64,000 nt of DNA from Clostridia bacterium (lineage in GTDB: Bacteria > Bacillota > Clostridia > Christensenellales > UBA1242): assembly GCA_017452445.1 (NCBI GenBank), contig JAFTMH010000004.1:200385-264384 (forward strand). Direction: 5' to 3'. This document shows positions 53,752 to 63,400 of this stretch, in pieces. The number at the start of each line of letters is the position of its first letter. Position 1 is the stretch's first letter. The notes below the pieces were generated by a model, which did not search any database, was not told the DNA's origin, and saw only the letters and a list, made by a program, of their open reading frames with translations. The translations under genes and the position numbers were made by a program.

Positions 53752-54795
53752 TTAATTTCTCCTTAATTTTTGTTGTATCCCGTTTATTATTTTATCATAC
53801 TGTGGCAAATTTTTCATAAGGATTTTGCCATTTTCTTGCAAAATTTCACCTTTTGCAACCGTCATTTTGACATCTTTTTTACTTTTTCCGTAAACAATGT
53901 CTTTCAATGGGTTTTGATAAAGGGTTTCTCCTTTTTCCACTACGCAAAAATCGGCAAATTTGCCCATTTTAAGGTCTTCAGCCCCTTCTATAAGCAAATT
54001 GTTTGTCGCAATAAGCATCGCCTCTTTTTCGCTGATTATGTCAGCATTTTCAAACATCATGCGTTGAGAAGCAAGCAAAGTCCTCATAAATGCAAAAAAG
54101 TCAATCTCGCTTACATCACCACTGCCCATGCCAATGTCAAACTCAAGTGCATCAAGCGCAACCCAATTTGTTGATCTTCTGCCCATTCTGGCATCTTCGT
54201 TTGGCACAACAACAAAACCGGTGTCATAATTTTTGAGAAGTTGCAACTCGTCTTTTTCAAGGCAGTTGCCCCCAACCAAAATTGCCTTTCTGTCCAACAA
54301 GCCAAAATCTTCCAAAACTTCGCTCAAAGTTTTGTCATAAGTTTTGTTGATTGCTCCAAGTTCGTCCAAATCTTGACCAGCCTTGATAAACAAAGTTTTC
54401 TTATCCTTTGCCACTTCGTCACAAAGTTCGCCAAGTTCAACTTCACTCCAAGATGAAATGTCTGTCAAAAAACGATTTTCAAACGCTGTAGAAGCGACAT
54501 CACCAACAAAAGTTGCTCCTGCCAAAATGTTTTTGGCAATCATAAGATTTTCGGCATCTTGCGCAAGGTCTTCTCCGGCAATTTCAATCCCATAACTGTT
54601 TTTAAGCGCCAAAATCGAGTTGCAATAGTTGTTGGCAAACGGAGGCAAAACATAATTCCCCTTCAAATCAATTTCTTCAAACTCTTTTGTGCTGTCAAAG
54701 ATTGAAAATTTGCCATCTTCAACACAAAAGTCCATAAAATGAAGTTTTTGATTTCGAATATCAACCACATTTGCATTTCTAAAAACTTTTTGCAT
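53752..54795 (-). CDS. amidohydrolase-superfamily homolog (MtaD/chlorohydrolase-like) lacking the metal-binding histidines
   Basis: N-terminal beta-sandwich pattern FRNANVVD...CVEDGKF...YVLPPF. The HxH position reads NNYCNS, the aH position reads GGNC, and GTDG reads GMGSGD. Ends 1 nt before the tex start. Confidence 0.7.
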   Translation of the reverse strand: MQKVFRNANVVDIRNQKLHFMDFCVEDGKFSIFDSTKEFEEIDLKGNYVLPPFANNYCNSILALKNSYGIEIAGEDLAQDAENLMIAKNILAGATFVGDVASTAFENRFLTDISSWSEVELGELCDEVAKDKKTLFIKAGQDLDELGAINKTYDKTLSEVLEDFGLLDRKAILVGGNCLEKDELQLLKNYDTGFVVVPNEDARMGRRSTNWVALDALEFDIGMGSGDVSEIDFFAFMRTLLASQRMMFENADIISEKEAMLIATNNLLIEGAEDLKMGKFADFCVVEKGETLYQNPLKDIVYGKSKKDVKMTVAKGEILQENGKILMKNLPQYDKIINGIQQKLRRN

Positions 54796-54805
54796 ACAAA
54801 CTCCT

Positions 54806-54834
54806 TTGAAAGTGAATATTCTTTATGTTAAAAT
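54806..54834 (+). promoter_or_regulatory. promoter for the Y-family polymerase gene
   Basis: TTGAAA (54806-54811), 17-nt spacer, TAAAAT (54829-54834). Confidence 0.55.
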
Positions 54835-54862
54835 TATAACTGAAAGGGGCAGCAAAAGGCAA

Positions 54863-56071
54863 ATGAAAGAAAAAATAATTTTACATTCAGATGCAAACAA
54901 CTTTTTCGCATCTGTCGAATGTTCGACAAACCCAGATTTGAAAGGAAAACCTGTTGCAGTTGCCGGAAATCCCGAAAAACGAACAGGCATTATTTTGGCG
55001 AAAAACGACCTTGCAAAAGCAAAGGGCGTAAAAACCGGCGAAGCAATTTGGATTGCACAGAAAAAATGCCCTGACCTTGTCTGCGTTGCACCACATTATC
55101 AACTCTACGAAACCGTGTCAAAACAACTGCATGAAATATATCTGCAATACACCGACCAAGTCGAACCTATGGGTATGGACGAATGTTGGCTTGATGTAAC
55201 AAATTCCGTCAAATATCTTGGCATGAATGGCGAAGAAATTGCCAACGACATTCGCCAAAAGGTCAAAGACAAACTCGGTATAACCGTTTCGGTTGGGGTT
55301 TCATTTTCAAAACTGTTTGCAAAGCTTGGCAGTGATCTCAAAAAACCAGATGCAACAACCATTTTAAGTAAACAAAACTTCAAGCAAAAAACTTATCATC
55401 TGCCAATCAACGACATTGTTGGCATCGGCAAACAACTCAACTTAAAACTTGAAAAAATCAATGTTGCAACTGTTGGAGATTTTGTAAATCTCGACACAAA
55501 CTACATCGCCAAAAACTTTGGCAAAGTAGGCATCGAATTGCAACAAAAACTCAAGGGCGAATTTGACGAACCCGTTGCATGCTATTTCGATCTTGCGCCA
55601 CCAAAAAGCATCGGCAACGGCACAACCACAATCACCGATATTATCGCACGAGAAGACATTTCAAAAGTGGTGGCTTTTTTGTGTGAAAAAGTGGCAGATC
55701 GCATGACGGAAACATCTTATCAAGGTTCTTGCATAACCGTTTCAGTAAAAACCAACAACTTTAAAGTTTTTCAACATTCTCGCACTGTTTTGCCAATGCG
55801 CAGTTATGAAGAAATCTTCTCGCAAGCAATGAAGCTTTTGGACAGTTTTTGGCAATACAACCAACACATTCGCTCAATCAGGGTCAACATTTCTACCCTT
55901 GAAAAAGTTGACAAACAAGAGCAACTCACATTTTTCACAATGCAACCTGACAACCTCAGCAAAACATTAAATTTTGTCAAAAACAAATATGGCTCAGACA
56001 AGATTTTTGTTGCCAGCGACAAAGCATCTTTCATCAATCGCAAATCAGATGATGAGCAAGCACCCCACTAG
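54863..56071 (+). CDS. dinB: Y-family DNA polymerase (DinB/Pol IV-like)
   Basis: ATG 54863. ILHSDANNFFASVE, KPVAVAG...RTGIILAKN, GMDECWLDVT. 402 aa. Promoter 54806-54834. Confidence 0.85.
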   Translation: MKEKIILHSDANNFFASVECSTNPDLKGKPVAVAGNPEKRTGIILAKNDLAKAKGVKTGEAIWIAQKKCPDLVCVAPHYQLYETVSKQLHEIYLQYTDQVEPMGMDECWLDVTNSVKYLGMNGEEIANDIRQKVKDKLGITVSVGVSFSKLFAKLGSDLKKPDATTILSKQNFKQKTYHLPINDIVGIGKQLNLKLEKINVATVGDFVNLDTNYIAKNFGKVGIELQQKLKGEFDEPVACYFDLAPPKSIGNGTTTITDIIAREDISKVVAFLCEKVADRMTETSYQGSCITVSVKTNNFKVFQHSRTVLPMRSYEEIFSQAMKLLDSFWQYNQHIRSIRVNISTLEKVDKQEQLTFFTMQPDNLSKTLNFVKNKYGSDKIFVASDKASFINRKSDDEQAPH

Positions 56072-56080
56072 CAATCACTA

Positions 56081-56109
56081 TTGACACAACAACAAAAAAG
56101 GTGTATAAT
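56081..56109 (+). promoter_or_regulatory. perfect-consensus sigma-A promoter for the 377-aa HTH protein gene
   Basis: TTGACA (56081-56086), 17-nt spacer, TATAAT (56104-56109). Confidence 0.75.
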
Positions 56110-56134
56110 CTTCAAAAGAAAAAAGGAGAACAAA

Positions 56135-57268
56135 ATGAATCTTCAAAAAGCACTTGAAGCACAACTTGATGTAATCATTTTGCAATACAACCCAAACGAC
56201 GAAAAACTCACACCACACAGATACAATGTGTTGTCACAAAAGACAAATGATGGAGACACTCGTTCGGCACTTGTCTTGCAAATGCGTATGTTTCACTATG
56301 CACTCGAAACATTGAAACAACTTTACATCGAAAACAACTTTTTTGTTTCACATTTTGAAAAAGACGCAATCACTTCTATGAAAGTCATTGCAACATACTT
56401 TGGCAGAGACTATCAATTTCCTGATTACGAAACTTTTGCTGCCGAATTTAAGAAAAAAATGTTGCAACTTCACATCGAAAATGATGCTGTCCTTGCTGCA
56501 GAATATTTGCAAAGAGAAAAAGAAATCCTTGCACAACAAAAACAACAACAGCAAGAGATTGTGACAGATTATTTGAAAGCATCACATCAACTTATCGGTT
56601 GCAAAACTCAATTTCAAAAAACTCTCGACAACTATTACGCAATGCTTGGTGACGAAGACAAATCTGTTGTCGAAAAAATTGTCCTTCAACAACCTGTTGA
56701 TGACGAAGACAAATCACGAGTTTTCAGTTTGCTTACTTGGATGAATTTCAACAACATTGATGCAACAAGATTTCCAACTGGATATGCAATCACATGGGAA
56801 AACAAAAACAAATTCCATGCATGCGCACTCAATCCAAATTCAATCAAAATTTTTGATGACTATGTGACTCGTTGCACCCCAGAAGCAAAACCAATCGTCG
56901 AAGATTTTTACAACACATCTCTTTCGACAAAACAAATTGCCGAAAAGCATGGCGTAAGTGAAGATCTCGTAAACAAAAAGCTCTACAAATTTTCTCACGG
57001 TTTTGGCAGTGTGCTCAAAGGAAGAAGCACAACAGCACCTCATTTGGTGTTCTGTCTTAAAAACAACATCACCCTTGGCGAGCTTCGCCTTTACGGACAA
57101 AAACTTAGACATGGTGCAACAAGAGAAAATCTTGAAACATATCTCGAAATGAAAACAAAACCATTTGGCGAACAAACTTTGGAGCACGAAGACGGATCAA
57201 GAAGAAATCTTCATGCAGAAAGATTGTTTAGACAAGTGCAAACAATCATCGACAGAGAAAAGAAATAA
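56135..57268 (+). CDS. hypothetical 377-aa protein with a sigma-70 region-4-like HTH near the C-terminus
   Basis: ATG 56135 with AAGGAG SD. Perfect TTGACA-17-TATAAT promoter at 56081-56109. LSTKQIAEKHGVSEDLVNKKLYKF resembles an HTH. The remainder is unrecognised. Confidence 0.65.
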   Translation: MNLQKALEAQLDVIILQYNPNDEKLTPHRYNVLSQKTNDGDTRSALVLQMRMFHYALETLKQLYIENNFFVSHFEKDAITSMKVIATYFGRDYQFPDYETFAAEFKKKMLQLHIENDAVLAAEYLQREKEILAQQKQQQQEIVTDYLKASHQLIGCKTQFQKTLDNYYAMLGDEDKSVVEKIVLQQPVDDEDKSRVFSLLTWMNFNNIDATRFPTGYAITWENKNKFHACALNPNSIKIFDDYVTRCTPEAKPIVEDFYNTSLSTKQIAEKHGVSEDLVNKKLYKFSHGFGSVLKGRSTTAPHLVFCLKNNITLGELRLYGQKLRHGATRENLETYLEMKTKPFGEQTLEHEDGSRRNLHAERLFRQVQTIIDREKK

Positions 57269-57278
57269 AAACCACAAC

Positions 57279-57318
57279 AAAAAAACAGGAATGTCAAATT
57301 CCTGTTTTTCTTTTTTTA
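57279..57318. terminator. bidirectional terminator between the HTH-protein gene and secF
   Basis: Stem AACAGGAAT (57284-57292) pairs with ATTCCTGTT (57298-57306), flanked by A- and T-runs. Confidence 0.8.
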
Positions 57319-57324
57319 TCAAGT

Positions 57325-58446
57325 CTATTCAGCATCTTCTGCTGGAGCTTCAACCTTTACAACTGTTTTCTTTCTCTTTCTAGGTCTGTAAGCAATTGCC
57401 CAAAGTCCTGGAGTGATAAATACTGAGCTGTAGAAACCAGAAAGCACACCAAACACAATTGGCCATGCAAATTCTCTGATGTCAGCAACACCAATCACTG
57501 CAACCATAAAGATCATAACAAATGTTGTAAGCGCTGTAATAATTGAACGAGTCATTGTGTCTTTTACAGATCTGTTTGCAATTTCGCTGTTGTTGATGCG
57601 AGCTTCGGCTTTCTTTGCAACTCTCAAGTCATCTCTCATACGGTCAAAGATGATGATTGTGTTGTTGATTGAATAACCCAAAATTGTGATCAATGCTGCA
57701 ATAAATGAAACATTGATTTGAATTCTAAACATAAGCACAAATGCAGAAGTGATCAACAAGTCATGGAACAATGCCAAGATTGCTGCCAAACCACTTGTAA
57801 CTTCAAATCTGAATGCAACATAAATCAAAATCAAAACCATTGCAACCAAAAGTGCGATAAATGATTTCATCATAAGTTCTGAAGATGCAGTTGATGTTGT
57901 GATGCCACCATATGTTACAAATTCAGCATTGTCAATATCTTCAAGATCTTCAAATTGCACTGACGCATCAACATAACCAAACGCTTTCAAAAGTTCGAGT
58001 CTAATTTTATCGTTTTCTGCTTCGATTGCTTCTGTTTCAAGAGAGTTGTCATTTTGATATTTGATGATAACTGCTTTTGCATTGCTTACCATTCCAACAT
58101 CAGAAAGGTCAACAACTGTTTCTTGCAAAGTTGTAAGTTTGAGACCATGATCTTTGAGCACATCTTCGATTGTGTCAACGATTTTGTCTTTGTTTCTGTC
58201 AAGATCCCATGTTGTTTCAGTCACTTCACTGTCAACACAGATTGTCATGTTTGAGCCACCTGTGAAATCAATGCCAAGATTGAATCCAACTGTGCACAAC
58301 AAAATTACACCTACAAGAATGATTACAACTGGTGCAATCAAAAACCACTTCAAGTTTTTGCAAACATCAAGTTTTGAATTTTTAATCATATTGTCAAGTG
58401 AAAACTTGCTTTGTTTTTTATACTTTTTGTTACTCATTTGTTTCAC
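57325..58446 (-). CDS. secF: protein translocase subunit SecF
   Basis: GIDFTGGS motif, six-TM SecDF architecture. Overlaps the secD stop. Confidence 0.92.
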   Translation of the reverse strand: MKQMSNKKYKKQSKFSLDNMIKNSKLDVCKNLKWFLIAPVVIILVGVILLCTVGFNLGIDFTGGSNMTICVDSEVTETTWDLDRNKDKIVDTIEDVLKDHGLKLTTLQETVVDLSDVGMVSNAKAVIIKYQNDNSLETEAIEAENDKIRLELLKAFGYVDASVQFEDLEDIDNAEFVTYGGITTSTASSELMMKSFIALLVAMVLILIYVAFRFEVTSGLAAILALFHDLLITSAFVLMFRIQINVSFIAALITILGYSINNTIIIFDRMRDDLRVAKKAEARINNSEIANRSVKDTMTRSIITALTTFVMIFMVAVIGVADIREFAWPIVFGVLSGFYSSVFITPGLWAIAYRPRKRKKTVVKVEAPAEDAE

Positions 58447-59812
58447 CTCCTGTCACAATTTCAACTTCAGGAGTTTTTTCTGCTCTTTCTTGTTTTGGCA
58501 AGTGCAACTTTTGATATTTCACACTGTTGAGTGGCAAATACCACTTAACAAAGAAACGCAAAACAACAAGGTTCATAAACATTGAAAGCACAATACCAAT
58601 AAGAAGAGTAATTGCAAAACCTTGGATTGATGCAGTACCCAAAATGTAAAGCACGATAGCAGTCAAGATTGTTGTAATATTACTGTCAAAAATTGGCCAG
58701 AATGCACGCTTAAAGCCGTTTTTAGCAGCCATAGGCATCTTCTTTCCAGAACGGTATTCTTCTCTAAACTTTTCAAAGATGATTACTGTTCCGTCCACAG
58801 CCATACCGATACTCAAAATAATTCCGGCAAGACCTGGAAGTGTCAATTGAACAAATGGGATTGCTTGCAAGAAGAACAACATAAGCACCATGTAGATAAC
58901 AAGTGCAAATGCAGCCAAGAAGCCAAAATCACCATATCTCCACCACAAAAGAAGGATAATCAAAAACAAACCTACTGCGCCTGCAATCATAGCAAGTGTC
59001 AAAGCAGAAGTCCCCAATGTCGCAGAAACTACCGAACTTTCAAGAAGTTCGAGTTTAACATTAAATGTTCCACTCATGATTGAAAGTGCATATGCTTCTG
59101 CATCTTCCAATGTTTCAAAGTTTCCTGAAATAAATGTTTCGCCACCAGGGATTTCTTTTTCACAAGTCAAGATTTTGTCTGCAGAGTCATCAACATCGCC
59201 CAAGTAAACATAAATCTTGTGTTCTGAATATTCATCACTTGCAGCCAATTTTGTAAGTTCTCTAAATTTTGCTTTACCTTCATCAGTAAACTTTACTGAA
59301 ACGCCGTAAACATATTCTGTTTCGCCATCTGGTTTTTGCATTGTTGCTTGCACATCAGCAATGTCTGTACCTTTGATGTAAATTTTTGCATCTGATTTTT
59401 GTTCCAAAGTCATATAAAGTGGAGTTGGTTCGCCAATCATCTTAAAAATTTCGTCACTGTCAGTCACTGAAGGCACTTCGATTCTGATTTTTGTGTTTCC
59501 TTGTCTTGCAATTGTTGCTTCAGAATATTCTTTTGTGATTACATCTGTCAATCTTCTGATTGTTGCATCAATTGCTTTGTCCAAATCTTGTGTGCCGCCA
59601 TCAGCTGATGGAGAGCAATCATACACAGCAGAGATACCACCGGCAAGATCCAAACCAAGTGAAATTGAGTTTGCAAAGCCGTTGTATTTTGTGCTTGTGC
59701 CCGGAAATGTAAAACTGCAAACGGAAAGAAGTATCCCGATAACAGTCAAAACAGCCACAGCCACAAAGTTTATAATGGAATTTCTTTTTTGCTTATTCTT
59801 AATTCTAGCCAT
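58430..59812 (-). CDS. secD: protein translocase subunit SecD
   Basis: LGLDLAGG motif, periplasmic P1-like domain, C-terminal six-TM block. Confidence 0.92.
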   Translation of the reverse strand: MARIKNKQKRNSIINFVAVAVLTVIGILLSVCSFTFPGTSTKYNGFANSISLGLDLAGGISAVYDCSPSADGGTQDLDKAIDATIRRLTDVITKEYSEATIARQGNTKIRIEVPSVTDSDEIFKMIGEPTPLYMTLEQKSDAKIYIKGTDIADVQATMQKPDGETEYVYGVSVKFTDEGKAKFRELTKLAASDEYSEHKIYVYLGDVDDSADKILTCEKEIPGGETFISGNFETLEDAEAYALSIMSGTFNVKLELLESSVVSATLGTSALTLAMIAGAVGLFLIILLLWWRYGDFGFLAAFALVIYMVLMLFFLQAIPFVQLTLPGLAGIILSIGMAVDGTVIIFEKFREEYRSGKKMPMAAKNGFKRAFWPIFDSNITTILTAIVLYILGTASIQGFAITLLIGIVLSMFMNLVVLRFFVKWYLPLNSVKYQKLHLPKQERAEKTPEVEIVTGGETNE

Positions 59813-59817
59813 TTCTT

Positions 59818-59885
59818 CCCCTTAAAAAATCCGATAAAAGAAAAATCGGTCAAATTTACCTTAGTAAGTATAATACTTTAAGGGG
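59818..59885 (-). promoter_or_regulatory. possible SD-sequestering hairpin in the secD leader
   Basis: On the minus-strand RNA, CCCCUUAAA (complement of 59877-59885) can pair with UUUAAGGGG (complement of 59818-59826), which contains the secD SD. There is also an inner CCGAU/AUCGG hairpin. Confidence 0.3.
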
Positions 59886-59914
59886 CTTTTGTCAATTAAA
59901 AGTCTGCAAATAGG

Positions 59915-60322
59915 TCAATTTTTTTTCAAGTTGACACAAATAATTCCACAAATTGCACCGATAACACTTCCAAAGATTAAATCGTTGAAAAATGTCCTGT
60001 CAAAAACGAACGCCCCGTCCAAAAGCGAAAACACCAAAAACGCAACAATCGTAAAGCCAAGCCCTATCAACAATCCGTTGAAAAGACCTTTCGTTTTGTG
60101 TTTTTTAAGTCCCACAAACACCCCAAAAAAGATGCTCGCCCCTTTGATAACTTGATTGACTGGTGCAATAAGTTTGTCGCTCACGCTTGTAAAACGCAAC
60201 ACAAAGGCAAACAACAAAATCATCACCATTGCCACAGAAAGTGCCAAAAGTGTGCCTTTCAAAATGCTTGCAAAATCCCTGTCTTTGGTTTCGTTTTCTT
60301 TTTTTAATGCTTTCACTTTCAT
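59915..60322 (-). CDS. small membrane protein, TIGR04086/DUF3792-like
   Basis: ATG 60322 preceded by AAGGAG (track start 60337 is GTG and lies within the SD). About 4 TM. The family call rests on by-eye resemblance only. Confidence 0.55.
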   Translation of the reverse strand: MKVKALKKENETKDRDFASILKGTLLALSVAMVMILLFAFVLRFTSVSDKLIAPVNQVIKGASIFFGVFVGLKKHKTKGLFNGLLIGLGFTIVAFLVFSLLDGAFVFDRTFFNDLIFGSVIGAICGIICVNLKKN

Positions 60323-60392
60323 TGTTGACTCCTTCACAAAAAATAAACATATCGTTTAGCATAATTTATGAAGAAAAACTTTGTTTAAGAAC

Positions 60393-60420
60393 AAAAAAAA
60401 GAAGGGCAAAACCCTTCTTC
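60393..60420 (-). terminator. terminator after the giant lipoprotein gene
   Basis: Stem GAAGGG (60401-60406) pairs with CCCTTC (60412-60417). The A8 run upstream gives a T-run on the minus strand. Confidence 0.8.
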
Positions 60421-60428
60421 TTGTTTTA

Positions 60429-63400
60429 TTAAAGTCTTGTCAACTCGCTAAATCTTGCAGTAAATCTAACCCCCTTGACTTCGTCAACATAAGAGCCAAT
60501 TGTTGTGAGTGCATAACTGCTTCCAGATTTTGCAGTTGTTGCAGAAATTGCATTTGGTCTTCTTCTGTCAAGATCTCTTGTCCAGAAATCTCTATACAAA
60601 TCAGAAGTTTGATATCCAAGTCCTGCCACACAAGCAGCAAAGTCTGTATATATTGCGTTGTGTCCACCATCTCCACCAGAATATTCAATGTTTTGAATTT
60701 CTTTCAAAGATGCAACTTGAACAGTTGTCTTGTTTGTTGAAGATGTTGATGGCACGCCATCTGTGTTTGCTGCACCATAAGCCATGTATTCTCTTGAAGT
60801 TGAAGCCAAATTGCTTGAGAATTTGAATGTGCTTTGTGCTGCTTCTGTCCACTTGTAAAGATCACTTGATGTATAACCCCAGCCTTCAGCAACACTTTGT
60901 GATGCGTTGTAAACTGAAGCAATCAAAATCTTGTCGGTGATTGCATCAACCGAAGTTGTTGTTGCACCATAACTACTACTTGTTGTTGTCTTAACCCACC
61001 ATTTGATAGGTTCGATTCTGTAGTGATAGTTTGCACCGTTGTAAGCAACTCTGACATAAGTGCCAGTTGAGTGATTTACTGTGCTGTATGTCTTGCCAAA
61101 GAATGTCATAGTTGAAGCTGCAGCAGTATTTCTTAAGGTTGCGTTCAAACCTGATTGAATTTTGTCAGCATAAGTTTGTGGTGCTTCGCCATAGTTTGTG
61201 TAAAGATAGTTGCTTCCATCTTTGTAAACCACTTGAGCACCAACTTGTCTAAAGCAAATATAAATTGTTTTTGCGCTTGATCCCAAAGTTGTCGAATACA
61301 CTGAAGATGGAGCACTTGTTGCAGTTGATGTTGTGCTTGTACCAATGCCAACCAAAACATATCCACTTGCTGGATTTGCTGAGATGCTGAATGAAGATCC
61401 TGCATGTGCATAATATGATGTAGAAGCTGCAGACAATGTTGCACTTGCAGCAGAAGCCACGCCACTTGCTACCTTTGTGTATGTGATTGAAGCAGATCCA
61501 CCTGTTGCAGAGTTTGACGCTGTGCCAGCTTTGTTGTATGTGTAGATATAAACAGTTGTTGTCACAGAAACAGCGTTCCATTGAGCATAAATTGTTGTTG
61601 AACTTGTTGAAGTGCTGCTTGTTGTTGTATAAACATTTACACCACTTCCTGTGCCTGTTCCCCAACCTTGGAATGTGTAATAACTTCTGCTTGGTGTAGG
61701 AAGTGTGCCATAAGCCACTCCGTATGCCTTTGTGCCATAAATCTTAAATTGCAAGTTGTCGTTTCCGCTGTTTGCAGAACCGTCTTTTCTATATTTGATA
61801 TAAACAAAGTGTGTGCCTGCAGTCAAGTTTGTATATGAAAATCTTCTTACAGAGCTTGAGCTTGAAGTTACCGACGTATTAACATTTGTTGATGATGAAT
61901 AGTTTTCATCGAGCACTGCATCTACATTTCCAAATTGAACATAATCGAAACTTGATTCTGCATAACAAATATAATCAATGTTCAATGTTGCCCCTGCTGT
62001 TGCAGTAAATTGAATTTTTGACATTGCATAAGATGAATGAATGCCATTGTTTTTAGTTTCGTAATAACCACTGCTGTTTACAAATGTTTGATATGGGCTT
62101 GTCACTGTGATTGTGTGTGTTGTGCATTTAAATTGCAAACTGTCATTTCCACTGTTTACAGATACATCCTTCCTGTATTTTACATAAATAAAGTGAGAGC
62201 CTGCTGTTGCAACTGAATACGATGTTGTGTATGCAGATGTTGAATTTGTTGTTATCTTAAGGTGTTGATTTGGATCGGTTGTTGCATAAGAATAATCCAT
62301 TGTTTTGTCAAGTGCACCAAAAATACCAAAGTCACAGCTTCCTTCGCCAGAATTGATATATTGGAATGTTACTGTTTGATTTGCTGCAGTTGTTGAGAAT
62401 GCAACTTTTGCAATAGCAAATGAATAGTGAATGCCAAAGTTTTGACTTTCGTAATAACCGCTTGAATTCAATTCAAATCTATATGGAGTAAACACCTGAA
62501 CACCCGAAATGCCAGTGGTTGCACCACTTCCACCATTGTTGCTGAAAATAAGATCACTTACAACTGGTTGATATTGTGTATACAAAGTGACATTTGAATT
62601 GTTTTTGTATGCCTCACCTGGCGTATATTGTGTGCCTGTTCCGTTTGCATTTGTTGAATAGCAAACAAATTGATATCCGGTCGCCGATGCTGGTGATGTA
62701 TACACATCTACATCGGTGCCATACGCTTTATATTGCGTTGACGGCAGCGTCGCCGACCAGTTCCCCGTTCCCTTTGCATACGTTATCGTGTACCGCTGCT
62801 TGATATAAACATTTATGGTCGTGCTGGAGCTTGGGGTCCAACTGTAAGTTGTAGAGCCTACTGCAGAGCTTGTTGTTGGTGTAGAGCCTACTGCAATATA
62901 ATAACTGTAACTTGTGTTTGCAGCAGCAATTGTTACTGTTCTTGATGAAGTATAGTATGTATGCTTTACAGTAAGAGAACCACCACTTGATGCTTCGCCA
63001 GAGATTGTACAACTAGATTGTGTTGCTTTGATGTTTGTTGCGTTTGAAACATTTGATGAATAATACTTAACTGTCAATGTGTATGTGTTGATTGTCCATT
63101 GTGCAGTCAGTGTTCTGTTTGCTGTGATGCTTGATGCAGCAATTTGGCTACCTGGACTGTAATAAGATCCGTTGCTGCAATAATAGTTGTTGAATGTATA
63201 TCCGGTTCTTGTTGGATATGTGCTTGAAATTGTGTAAGGTCTGTGAGCATATGCAGTTGCCGAGCTAACAGGCACGCTTCCACCATTTCCACTGTATGTA
63301 ATTGTATATCTTCTTCTAAATGTAAAATAGTAAGTACCTTGCAAAGAAGATCCTGCATTGCTGTTTGCAGTCGAACTTGATGTCGTGTTTGTGCTATTGT

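Noticed and set aside
54814-54821. GAATATTC palindrome in the polymerase promoter as a LexA (Cheo) box.
   Set aside because: It does not fit GAAC-N4-GTTC. No SOS box can be supported.
59848-59854. GGTCAAA, a CtsR operator half-site, upstream of secD.
   Set aside because: Only one half-site with no tandem repeat, so it is not a credible CtsR box.
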